Source: a virus. From it: DNA of 64,000 nucleotides. Under the pieces are notes generated by a model that saw only the letters and a list, made by a program, of their open reading frames with translations, was not told the DNA's origin and ran no database searches. Location: IMG/VR virus record IMGVR_UViG_3300032722_000006, positions 64,001 through 128,000 of that record; one strand, given 5' to 3'. Of this stretch, positions 37,218 through 45,616 are shown in pieces. The translations under genes were made by a program, and so were the position numbers. Position 1 is the first letter of the stretch. Every line of letters begins with the position of its first letter.

Positions 37218-37752
37218 GTCCGTACCCGTCGACTTTCAATGCAGCTTTCAAGTGGGTCTTTATGCAGTCTGCTTTCGTACGATTGTATCTCTCCACGCTA
37301 AGATCTACATTCAAGCGTTCTGCAAGTTTGAGCCCACGTGCCCACGCTTCGAATTCTTCGTCTATGATGTCAACCTGATGAACGAACGTGCGCGTGACAT
37401 CAATGTCACTCGAGCGGTAACCGTTGCCAAACCTGTCAGTCGAATCTCGCTCCTTCGTCTCAACGAGATGGTGCCCGCATTCGTGCAAAAGCGTGTGAAG
37501 TTGCTTCTCGGGACCTAGATGACAGCTAATCTTGATACGTTTTTCATCATGAATGTAAACACCCCCGTTGGGGGTCTTCACAAACTCAACCATCACGCCA
37601 CGAGTTTTGCACCACTCGATGATGACTCCCAACCCCTCGATCGAAGGAATGTCGATCATGTACGTTGTTGACCGTCGTCCCGTTGCTACGACCTTCTGGA
37701 GTCGTTGGTACGCACGTGTCCTCCAGAGGTCCGGGTCGAAGCTTCTCGGCAC
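37177..37752 (-). CDS. ImmA/IrrE-like HExxH metallopeptidase
   Basis: TLLHECGH...EEFEAW.RG. Confidence 0.7.
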   Translation of the reverse strand: MPRSFDPDLWRTRAYQRLQKVVATGRRSTTYMIDIPSIEGLGVIIEWCKTRGVMVEFVKTPNGGVYIHDEKRIKISCHLGPEKQLHTLLHECGHHLVETKERDSTDRFGNGYRSSDIDVTRTFVHQVDIIDEEFEAWARGLKLAERLNVDLSVERYNRTKADCIKTHLKAALKVDGYGHGVDNKEAKTHEA

Positions 37753-37795
37753 GATCTAAGTACCGTTGACATCGACCCGGACGCCTCTCGTTACC

Positions 37796-39031
37796 TCACT
37801 TTGCCGCCTTCGGCGGGCTGAAGACGCCTGGAACGTTCGGGATGACGCCCACGCCTTGCTCGCCCATCGGGACACCGAACACTCCCAGGACCGTCGAAGC
37901 GCAGTACTTGTGAATGCTCTTCGCGAGGTCGACCTTGTCGATTCCGGACGCAGTGAGCTTGCTCCAGAGCGAGATTTTCAGCTCGTCAGGAAGATCCTTG
38001 ATGAGCTGCGAGATGTTGTTTCCCTGCTGTTCAGTGAGCTTATTGACGCTGCCACCGGTGACGTAGTCAGCAACCTTTTCAACAATCTCGTTGAGCTGAC
38101 CTTGCTTGCGACGACCAACCTTCGTCTTCACCTTGGGATCCTGCATGTACTTGTTGACGATTTCCTCGCCTGTGACTCGATTGTCGATGCTCTTTGCGTA
38201 CGCCCTGAATGCGATCGACGCCTCGACGCCGAGGAATCCCAGGCAGATGTGATAGAAGAGCCCGTTCTCCGGCTTCTCCAGGACGTCAGCGTACACGAGT
38301 GCATTGTGCGTCATGACCCACGAGCGAGGACTCGTTGTGACCTCACCCGGATCGACCTCCTTGGGAGGATACAGCCATGATCCTCCCTTCGGACGCTTTG
38401 TCGCGGCGATGAAGTCCGGGAACAGCGGGTCGAGATTGCCTCCCTGTTCCGGAGTCTTGTCACGTGCCCACTCGCACCACTCTTCCTCATCCGGCTCGAG
38501 ATCAATGACGAAGAAGCGGTCGAGCAGCGCCGGATCCATCTCATTGACCGTATAGATCGAACCTGTGTTGATCGCGCTGTACACCCGGCTTTCGGGGTGC
38601 AGCTTCCACCCATTGAGCTCACGATCAAGGACGATCTGGAACGCTGCCTGCATGACCTCAGGCGTAGCGCGGTTCAACTCGTCTAGGAAGAGTGCAGTCG
38701 GTTCTCTGCACGCTGCCTTGTACCAGTCGGGAGGATTGAAGCGAGTGCACTCACCATCAGTGCTCGGAAGACCTACCATGTCGCCTTCAGACATCTGGCT
38801 GAGGCGCCTGTCGGTGACCTTGAAGAAGTCCTTCAGGTCTTTGTACTTCGACATGTCTACGATCTTTACCGTCGCATCGCAGTGCTTCTTGCGAAGCAAC
38901 GAAACTACCTGCCTGATCACTTGCGACTTTCCGATGCCGTGCGGCGAGCGGAGCAGAACTGACGTGCAAGGAGGAAGCGCGATAGCGACCTTCTTGAACG
39001 TCTTGATGGACATTGACGTCTTCGTACCCAT
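37796..39031 (-). CDS. MoxR-type AAA+ ATPase
   Basis: SPHGIGKS, LFLDELNRA, MDPALLDRF, SPRSW. Confidence 0.9.
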   Translation of the reverse strand: MGTKTSMSIKTFKKVAIALPPCTSVLLRSPHGIGKSQVIRQVVSLLRKKHCDATVKIVDMSKYKDLKDFFKVTDRRLSQMSEGDMVGLPSTDGECTRFNPPDWYKAACREPTALFLDELNRATPEVMQAAFQIVLDRELNGWKLHPESRVYSAINTGSIYTVNEMDPALLDRFFVIDLEPDEEEWCEWARDKTPEQGGNLDPLFPDFIAATKRPKGGSWLYPPKEVDPGEVTTSPRSWVMTHNALVYADVLEKPENGLFYHICLGFLGVEASIAFRAYAKSIDNRVTGEEIVNKYMQDPKVKTKVGRRKQGQLNEIVEKVADYVTGGSVNKLTEQQGNNISQLIKDLPDELKISLWSKLTASGIDKVDLAKSIHKYCASTVLGVFGVPMGEQGVGVIPNVPGVFSPPKAAK

Positions 39032-39146
39032 TCGTCGTTCTCCTGGTTGATGGAGCTACCGTACCACGATGGAGCGCAAACTTACACTCGCATGACCGTG
39101 CAACATGGTTCAGTGTACCACTGCGTCACGCAGCTATACACTTTTG

Positions 39147-39545
39147 TCAAATGAGGCGCATACGCACACGAGCAGCGATCGTAGGAAGTTCATCCGCTAG
39201 CTCTTCGTATACTTTCCACTTACCTTTGAGGATCCTGTGGCATGTGTAGTACGACAGGCGTCCAATCGATTCAATGACCTCACGATCGCGTTCAATGCTA
39301 GCCGGCGCAATTGCATCGATCCACAACACCCAATCACCGATTCGTTGGAATGCCGTGAAGTCACCTGCTTTGCGAGCGTCGGCGTATGCAATTACAATCG
39401 AACGGTTCACAAAGACATCTTCGTCCGTTGGGTGACTCAGCGTCTTCAACACACTCGTGACGTACGCGACTGTTTCAGGTTCGTAGTTCAATCCTGTGAG
39501 CCTGTCGGCAAACCACGTATCCAAACTCTTGATGATGTCCATCAT
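39147..39545 (-). CDS. hypothetical protein
   Basis: FQRIGD...GRLSY...LADE helical protein. Confidence 0.65.
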   Translation of the reverse strand: MMDIIKSLDTWFADRLTGLNYEPETVAYVTSVLKTLSHPTDEDVFVNRSIVIAYADARKAGDFTAFQRIGDWVLWIDAIAPASIERDREVIESIGRLSYYTCHRILKGKWKVYEELADELPTIAARVRMRLI

Positions 39546-39584
39546 GGTTGCGTAACGGAGGCTGCCTCCTGGCTGTGATCCTAC

Positions 39585-40043
39585 TCAATCGTCTTGTGTA
39601 CCGCTCTTTTTATGTTCAGTGGTGGATACCACCTTCGTTGCACGAGCCTTTTTTGATGTGGCAACCGTGGGCCCGTCAATTGCCGTCAGGAACGGCACTG
39701 TGGATGTGAAAGAGACGCCTGGTTGTGACACCGGCGCGTCGGGGTCGATCGGCGTGCCTGTTGGTTCATCGATGACAGGAGGCGCTTCAAGAACGACCAC
39801 GCCTTCCCGTGCGCTGTTCACCTTTGCTGCTGCTGGAAAGGCATGAACGAACTCTTCTGCAGTAGGAGCGACCACACCCATACGATCGCACCATTGTTGC
39901 AGACCACCGTGGGTTGTCACGCCCAGTTCAGTGACAAATTTTGCAAGCGTCGTCTTCCGACGTCTGAGAAGATGTGCCAATGTCAACTTGGGCTGGTTCT
40001 TCAAGACTACCCGACCGGGCGTGCCACGTCCTTCTCTGGCCAT
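39585..40043 (-). CDS. hypothetical protein
   Basis: Start at MAREG after the upstream stop. Confidence 0.55.
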   Translation of the reverse strand: MAREGRGTPGRVVLKNQPKLTLAHLLRRRKTTLAKFVTELGVTTHGGLQQWCDRMGVVAPTAEEFVHAFPAAAKVNSAREGVVVLEAPPVIDEPTGTPIDPDAPVSQPGVSFTSTVPFLTAIDGPTVATSKKARATKVVSTTEHKKSGTQDD

Positions 40044-40047
40044 TGTC

Positions 40048-40356
40048 TTATCTATTCTTCCTACGCCGACGTTGCGCTTCGATGATCTGAAGAAGATCGG
40101 CCACTCCGTGTTGGAAGCCCGGATCTTTTGCGATCTCGTAGACTTTCTTTTCGTCGAAGTCAACGTCCATGTCGTCAGTGAATGCCTTCACGAACTTCTG
40201 CATGACGCGCAGGACGTAGTTACGCGCTGACGAGTGGTTCATGCTGAACCCAAGCTCTGTCATCGTGTCAGCGATCTCGCGGTAGTTGATGCCGTCGTCC
40301 TCTGTGACAGTTACGTATCCTCTGTTTACGTGTGAACCCTTGCGCAGTGTCATCAT
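40048..40356 (-). CDS. stand-alone sigma-region-4-like HTH protein
   Basis: DGINYREIADTM...GFSMNHSSARNYVLR. Confidence 0.6.
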   Translation of the reverse strand: MMTLRKGSHVNRGYVTVTEDDGINYREIADTMTELGFSMNHSSARNYVLRVMQKFVKAFTDDMDVDFDEKKVYEIAKDPGFQHGVADLLQIIEAQRRRRKNR

Positions 40357-40368
40357 AACCTCTTTCGT

Positions 40369-40800
40369 TCACTTCTCAGGCGTTGACTTCGATGATTGTT
40401 GTGCGACGGGCGTAGCCACAGGCTGACGCTCGTGACGACTTTCCTTGATGAATTGGACCCTATTGTTGGGAGGAACAGGCGCGGAACATGCGTCTCCGAC
40501 CGGCGCCTTACGTTGAGGTGGAGGTGGAGTGTCATCAGCATCGACGAAAATGCGCCTGCTAATCTGCGGTGCGAACATCGATGTTGCTTGCGTCAGTTCG
40601 CGCGTAAGCTTCTGAGCGTTTCCTTCACCTGCGTCAGCCACGATCTCTGACTGCTTAGCATACTGACTGTGCAATTGAGACTGTTGCACTGCAGGCGCAA
40701 GCGGCCTGCGAGCTGTCATGATCAGGCGGATTGATGTCGCAGTTGACAGCATCGCTAAGCTGCCAGCTGCGACATACGTGAAGAAATCCGATGGGATCAT
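40369..40800 (-). CDS. N-terminally membrane-anchored protein
   Basis: Hydrophobic N-terminal helix, ATGA-coupled to the sigma gene. Confidence 0.55.
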   Translation of the reverse strand: MIPSDFFTYVAAGSLAMLSTATSIRLIMTARRPLAPAVQQSQLHSQYAKQSEIVADAGEGNAQKLTRELTQATSMFAPQISRRIFVDADDTPPPPQRKAPVGDACSAPVPPNNRVQFIKESRHERQPVATPVAQQSSKSTPEK

Positions 40801-41642
40801 GTGAGCCCGGTGCCAGCCTCGAGGACCATGCGGGCTTCCTCCTCAGTGATCGGATACTCCGCTGAGTTCGTTGCGTCCTCTACGAGACCGAAACGAAGAC
40901 GAAGGATCGCCGCTTCTTTCTGTGAGAGACCATTGAGCACCTGCTGCGTGATCTCCAGCAGTTGCTTCTCTGCAACGTTCGTGAAGGGATCGCAACCGGG
41001 ACGTTCGTCCTCAACCTTATCCTCAATGGTGTCGCCGTCACCGCTCGAGGAGAGCGGTTGCTGCAGAGAGATCGTCCCGCGGCCAGAGTGCATCGTAGCC
41101 TTGACGACTGTCTCGCTTGCACCGACGATGCCCTGGAGTTCTTCCTGCGTGGGCTCACAACCCATTGTCTCGCGAAATTCCTCCGCTGCCTGCAACATCT
41201 TACGTTGCACTGCTGCTGCATGTGCCGGGAGACGAATGATGCGCTTTCGCTTCAGGATCGCCTGACCGATCGCCTGCTTGATCCACCACGTTGCGTATGT
41301 GGAGAACCTGAAGCCTTTCTCCCACTTGAAGCGGTCGATCGACTTCATGAGGCCGATGTTGCCCTCCTGGATGATGTCCTCGATTGGGATGTTGTGTCCC
41401 TTGTACTGCTTCGCGATCGAGACGACGAGACGGAGGTTGCACTCCGTCAACTTCGCTCGGATCTTCTTGGCTTCCGAAGTACGATCGATGACTTCGTTCT
41501 CCGCGTCACGAGTGCAGCCCGCATCGTACTTCTTGAAGAGCTCTACCACCTCAGGGTGCTTGAGCTGTGGGAAGTTGTGAAGTGCGTCAAGGTACGACCT
41601 GACGATGTTGTGTTCTGTGTTATCTGCGCGCATCAGCTCCAC
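40797..41642 (-). CDS. sigma70 (RpoD/RpoS-like) factor lacking region 4.2
   Basis: NLRLVVSIAKQY, DIIQEGNIGLMKSIDRF, GFRFSTYATWWIKQAI, IRLP, LS.KEA.ILRLRFGL. Confidence 0.93.
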   Translation of the reverse strand: MELMRADNTEHNIVRSYLDALHNFPQLKHPEVVELFKKYDAGCTRDAENEVIDRTSEAKKIRAKLTECNLRLVVSIAKQYKGHNIPIEDIIQEGNIGLMKSIDRFKWEKGFRFSTYATWWIKQAIGQAILKRKRIIRLPAHAAAVQRKMLQAAEEFRETMGCEPTQEELQGIVGASETVVKATMHSGRGTISLQQPLSSSGDGDTIEDKVEDERPGCDPFTNVAEKQLLEITQQVLNGLSQKEAAILRLRFGLVEDATNSAEYPITEEEARMVLEAGTGLT

Positions 41643-42022
41643 CTTGTGGGTCGTCCACCCGTTGCGGCGTACACGAACGCCATGTTGTCGAAGTCACCGG
41701 CGGGCAGGTGCCGCTCGTCGGACTCGAATTCTACGCCCGCAGTCCGGACGAACTCTGCATGCGTCTCGCGCCTGACTCGCCTGACCTGCTGTTCACGTCT
41801 GACGTAGGCAATCTCCTCCTGCCACACTCGAGGATCAGATCGACCGTTCGTTTCTGCACGGTCGAGCCCCTGCTCGAGGGCTCGCAGGTGGTCAATCATG
41901 TCCTCATCCGACATCGTCGCTAGCACATCGATGCTCACGACCTCAGGCGTGTTCACCGCGCTGTACGTGCGCTGCGTTGCGGTTTCAGTCGTCTCGTTGC
42001 GCTGCTTCCTATTCTTCTGCAC
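41633..42022 (-). CDS. hypothetical protein
   Basis: Overlaps the sigma start. WQEEIAYVRRE. Confidence 0.65.
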   Translation of the reverse strand: MQKNRKQRNETTETATQRTYSAVNTPEVVSIDVLATMSDEDMIDHLRALEQGLDRAETNGRSDPRVWQEEIAYVRREQQVRRVRRETHAEFVRTAGVEFESDERHLPAGDFDNMAFVYAATGGRPTRWS

Positions 42023-42148
42023 GTGTTCCTCTTTTCGTTAGGGCCCCGTGAAGGGCATTCAACGTTTGACATCTGTGTATGCTGTGAGGCAATTTAGACG
42101 TTAGGGACGTATGGTGTTTATATTACACCTCCTTCGAGGCTTGTACAA

Positions 42149-42352
42149 TCACTTTGTTTGAGGTGGATTCTTCGTGTTTGTGTGGCCGATCCTGATTCGC
42201 TTGATGTCATCCATCGCCCTGATCGTCGCAAGCGCGAGCTTCATCTGACCCTGCGAACCCGAGATCACCGCAGTGCATAGCACGTCAGCAGCGGCGACAA
42301 GGGCAGCGACCGCGTCAAGTACTTCGGTGTCAACTGTCACAGTTTTGTTCAT
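42149..42352 (-). CDS. hypothetical protein
   Basis: SD AAGGAG. Confidence 0.55.
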   Translation of the reverse strand: MNKTVTVDTEVLDAVAALVAAADVLCTAVISGSQGQMKLALATIRAMDDIKRIRIGHTNTKNPPQTK

Positions 42353-42364
42353 CAGGCGTCTCCT

Positions 42365-42757
42365 TCAGTTGAGGTCAGAACCAAACTTCTTCGTTGAGAT
42401 TGTTTCGACGAGCTGCTTTGTCTCATCAGCGATGCGTGTCAACTCAGTGACGTACCGGGAACAACGCTCGAACGTTTCATCATCGAGTTTCACCTTTATG
42501 TCCTCGTAGTATTCAGTCTCCAGGACAAAATTCATGATCTCGACGTATACGATGGCCGCCATCTTCATGTGCTTGCACGCCTTCGCAAGATCGGGCTTGA
42601 TGCCCAACGCTTCCTTCGAAAGGTTCAGCTGTTCATCTGCAACGTCAAGAGCCTTGTTGACAGTCTCGTTAAGCGTCAATGCGTCCATGGAGTACCCTAT
42701 CATGGTTTGTACCCACGTTGCACTGTCAGAGGAATGCCGCCGCACTTGATGGGACAC
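42365..42757 (-). CDS. hypothetical helical protein
   Basis: Start uncertain (possibly MDALT). Confidence 0.55.
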   Translation of the reverse strand: MSHQVRRHSSDSATWVQTMIGYSMDALTLNETVNKALDVADEQLNLSKEALGIKPDLAKACKHMKMAAIVYVEIMNFVLETEYYEDIKVKLDDETFERCSRYVTELTRIADETKQLVETISTKKFGSDLN

Positions 42758-43083
42758 AATGATTCATATATGCCCGTGCGATCTTTGATCACGTTCCAGA
42801 CGCCTGATTGCGGTTCAAAACGCCAGACGACATCCGCACCGGACATGAGGCCTGCCGGCATCCTACCACCTCTCTCGAGCATCCTCATTATCGATGCGTC
42901 CTCAATCACAACGAGATGGATCTGTCCATCATCTGGGCTGACGTACGTGTAGCTTCGCGGGATCGTCAATGCATTGATTGTTGTGACCAGGTCGTCTACC
43001 TCATCGCTGTCAGTTGTTCTCCTGATCCTGCGATAACACTCAATGAGCATTCGCGACCTTTCACCCACGAGAGGGACGTCCAT
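42700..43083 (-). CDS. hypothetical protein
   Basis: Leaderless promoter fixes the start at MDVPL. Confidence 0.55.
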   Translation of the reverse strand: MDVPLVGERSRMLIECYRRIRRTTDSDEVDDLVTTINALTIPRSYTYVSPDDGQIHLVVIEDASIMRMLERGGRMPAGLMSGADVVWRFEPQSGVWNVIKDRTGIYESLCPIKCGGIPLTVQRGYKP

Positions 43084-43230
43084 GAGAACATCATACCTCT
43101 CCAGAGAAGGGACTTGCACAACTTGCGTTCCGACGAAGCGCGGGGAGAAGACGGACCAGCCGTAGTCTCCCAGGCACAGTTATCCGGTGCGCACCGGACA
43201 CCCTTCCTTTTCAGGACGTGCTGTGGGATT

Positions 43231-43305
43231 TGGTTGAGGCAGTAGGACTTGCACCTACGTGATCAGGGTCAGAACCTGACATACTCGCTGCTGTATGATG
43301 CCTCA
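43231..43305 (-). tRNA. tRNA-Gln(CUG)
   Basis: Loop TT-CTG-AC, encoded CCA. Confidence 0.88.
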
Positions 43306-43306
43306 G

Positions 43307-43379
43307 TTGAGGTGGAGGGATTCGAACCCCCGTATGTGGCTTCAAAGACCACGGTCCTGGGCCGCTGGACGACACCTCA
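43307..43379 (-). tRNA. tRNA-Gln(UUG)
   Basis: Loop CT-TTG-AA. Confidence 0.9.
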
Positions 43380-43519
43380 ATGGTGATGCTTTTCTTTTAT
43401 CGTGCTACACACTCTTGTGCTGGTTCGACGTCGATAATTTCACTGGGAGAGCATCAACTCGCAATGAAAACAGCTAACGTTATCCACACAAGACACTGCG
43501 TCGATTTGAGCGCAGTTAG

Positions 43520-43591
43520 CAGGGGCACTCGGACTCGAACCGAGGTGATCCGTTTTGGAGACGGACATCCTAGCCGCTAAATGATACCCCT
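43520..43591 (-). tRNA. tRNA-Trp(CCA)
   Basis: Loop CT-CCA-AA, G73. Confidence 0.92.
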
Positions 43592-43630
43592 GTGAAACAC
43601 GCATGTTCTGCCGATTGAGCTACATTCACG
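43592..43630 (-). pseudogene. orphan tRNA 5' fragment (D arm)
   Basis: GAATG-TAGCTCAATCGGCAGAAC with no 3' half. Confidence 0.45.
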
Positions 43631-43693
43631 TTCCCTGCCACTGTCGAGGGATTGTGAAGACGACGTAGATAAACCGTAAAACATTGCGTGTAG

Positions 43694-43764
43694 CGGACAC
43701 GACGGGATTCGAACCCGCATGCGTTCCCTAGACAGGGGAATGGCCTCCAGTGGCCCACGTATCC
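43694..43764 (-). tRNA. tRNA-Asp(GUC)
   Basis: Loop CT-GTC-TA (pyrimidine at 37), G73. Confidence 0.85.
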
Positions 43765-43776
43765 ATTTCGTATCAG

Positions 43777-43907
43777 TGCCGACTCCTGGTGTTGAGCCAG
43801 GCCAATCCTCCTGTGACCGCTTCACATCACTGATTCGCAATGATTCGAGATCTCGGTGTGAATGCCGGCTGATGTAGCCGGTGGGTTTCGTCGCTCCCTC
43901 AATCGGC
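43777..43907 (-). ncRNA. tRNA-like RNA, CAU loop, ~60-nt variable domain
   Basis: Acceptor GCCGATT/AGTCGGC-A, CCGGC-TACATCA-GCCGG, CCTGG-CTCAACA-CCAGG. Confidence 0.6.
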
Positions 43908-43983
43908 GTAAGATGCTGCTGACTCCCGGGAGGCGAACGCCTCCACTCGAGAGGCGTGAATTCGTCTCTCTAGGACTCAGCGG

Positions 43984-44056
43984 TGGAATTGAAGGGATTC
44001 GAACCCTCTACCTCCTGCATGCCGTGCAGGCGCTCTCCCAATTGAGCTACAATCCC
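43984..44056 (-). tRNA. tRNA-Ala(GGC), C33
   Basis: G3:U70, loop AC-GGC-AT. Confidence 0.88.
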
Positions 44057-44057
44057 G

Positions 44058-44134
44058 TGGACCCGGAGGGAGTCGAACCCTCAATCACGTAGGTTCCATT
44101 GTCGGCTTTCCTATGTGACTCGCCTTTCAGGCCC
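44058..44134 (-). ncRNA. tmRNA-TLD-like small RNA (alanine acceptor, no anticodon arm or message region)
   Basis: GGGCCTG/CGGGTCC-A with G3:U70, stemless D loop AAAGGCGAG, long helix, canonical T arm. Confidence 0.65.
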
Positions 44135-44178
44135 TTTTACGCCGAGTGAAACACAACCGCACTGTGCCATGGCGTTAG

Positions 44179-44251
44179 TGGAACTCACGGGATTCGAACC
44201 CGTCGCCTCCTGCGTGCAAAGCAGGCGCTCTCCCAAATGAGCTAGAGTCCC
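44179..44251 (-). tRNA. tRNA-Ala(UGC)
   Basis: G3:U70, loop TT-TGC-AC. Confidence 0.92.
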
Positions 44252-44286
44252 AAAAGAGGCAGATTGACCGCTGCCTTCCTGGTATC

Positions 44287-45042
44287 TTACTGTAAGCCTG
44301 CCTGTTGCGTGATCGTCTGAATCGCCGCTGTTCCCCTGACATTGGACATCCCAAGGTCGATGAGTACAAGCGTGCCGTCGTCTCTTTTCATCATGTTGCC
44401 GGCATGGTAGTCGTGAAAGTCAATGCCAAGTTCCGTGAGAGTCTCGAACAATCCCTTCACACCGTACTTCTTGACTAGGAGGCTCCACTGTTCGTTTGCG
44501 TGTGCGATGAACTTCTGCGCTTCAGGTGAGGTGAAAGACTTGAACTTCTTCTTTGCAGTTTCCTTGATGTGTTCCTTCGTGAGTTCCTTGACCTTGTCCC
44601 AGGAGCCTCCTGCACGTTTGACCCAAAGCGGAAATGCTGTCGTCACAAGTGCGTCATTAAACGATTTGCCTTCTTCTGCGCTGATAGTTTGCAACTTTTC
44701 TTGCAGGATCGCGAATGTACCCGTGTCGCCTAGGCTCCATACGCCGTAAAAATTCACAACTCCGCTGACGTTCTTTCCCACGAGGATTGATGCTGCGTGC
44801 GCTTCTTTGCCGTCGTTCGTGACCTTGAGAACCTTGTCGCCTACCTCGAAAACTGTACCCCGCGTGCCCGTACCGATCGGTTGTAATGAATCAACGTCCT
44901 TGATTCCTAGTTTCGCCGCACCTTTCGGAAAGCGTTTGAGAAGTTCTTTCGCCTCATCGGGCGTCACGGGCTTGTTTTCCTTCGCCTCGAAAATGAGTGC
45001 CTCACGCACGAGTCGACGAAGACGTCCTAGCTTGATTCTCAT
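44287..45042 (-). CDS. protein-kinase-like fold enzyme with LRRLVRE leader
   Basis: IGTGTRGTVF, VLKVT, DYHAGN, LIDLG. Confidence 0.8.
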   Translation of the reverse strand: MRIKLGRLRRLVREALIFEAKENKPVTPDEAKELLKRFPKGAAKLGIKDVDSLQPIGTGTRGTVFEVGDKVLKVTNDGKEAHAASILVGKNVSGVVNFYGVWSLGDTGTFAILQEKLQTISAEEGKSFNDALVTTAFPLWVKRAGGSWDKVKELTKEHIKETAKKKFKSFTSPEAQKFIAHANEQWSLLVKKYGVKGLFETLTELGIDFHDYHAGNMMKRDDGTLVLIDLGMSNVRGTAAIQTITQQAGLQ

Positions 45043-45063
45043 TGCTGTAAGTATGCCCTTCTT

Positions 45064-45140
45064 TGGAAGCGGAGGTCGGATTTGAACCGACGACTTCGAG
45101 GTTATGGGCCTCGCGAGCTACCTGGCTGCTCTACTCCGCA
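45064..45140 (-). tRNA. initiator-type tRNA-fMet(CAU), C33
   Basis: 1:72 mismatch, TAGAGCAGCCAGGTAGCTCG D arm, loop CC-CAT-AA. Confidence 0.85.
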
Positions 45141-45141
45141 G

Positions 45142-45214
45142 TGAATCCAGAGGGAGTTGAACCCTCAACCCTCGGGGTAAAAGCCCGCTGCGCTGCCAAT
45201 TGCGCCATGGATTC
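45142..45214 (-). tRNA. tRNA-Lys(UUU)
   Basis: Loop CT-TTT-AC. Confidence 0.88.
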
Positions 45215-45215
45215 A

Positions 45216-45593
45216 TTATCGATATTTGCCGGCATATTTCTTCATAGTCTTAGCGCGTTTACTGTTCACCACTTTACCGATATTGCGACCACGATATGTT
45301 GATGTTTGCGCATGGCAATTTGGACAGATGAGTCTGAGATTTTCTTTTGCTTGGTTCTCAGGATTCCCATCAATGTGATCAATTTCGATTGGGATGGGTC
45401 TATTCAACCAAATTGACGTGTTACACACTTCACATTTGTGTCCTCTTTCTTCAAGAAGACATCTTTTCTTAATACGGATGTCGTCTGTTCCTTCGAACGT
45501 CTTGCGATATTTCTCAGGAAAGTGTGCTCGTCGATGACCACCCAACGCCCCGGGAGTTTCAAACTCCTGTAAACATGTCTTACACACATACAT
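45216..45593 (-). CDS. HNH endonuclease with N-terminal C2H2 finger
   Basis: CKTC...GHRRAH, CEVC...IEIDHIDG...ENLRLICPNCHAQT. Confidence 0.85.
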   Translation of the reverse strand: MYVCKTCLQEFETPGALGGHRRAHFPEKYRKTFEGTDDIRIKKRCLLEERGHKCEVCNTSIWLNRPIPIEIDHIDGNPENQAKENLRLICPNCHAQTSTYRGRNIGKVVNSKRAKTMKKYAGKYR

Positions 45594-45616
45594 GCTAGAT
45601 AGTACCCCACCCGTTG

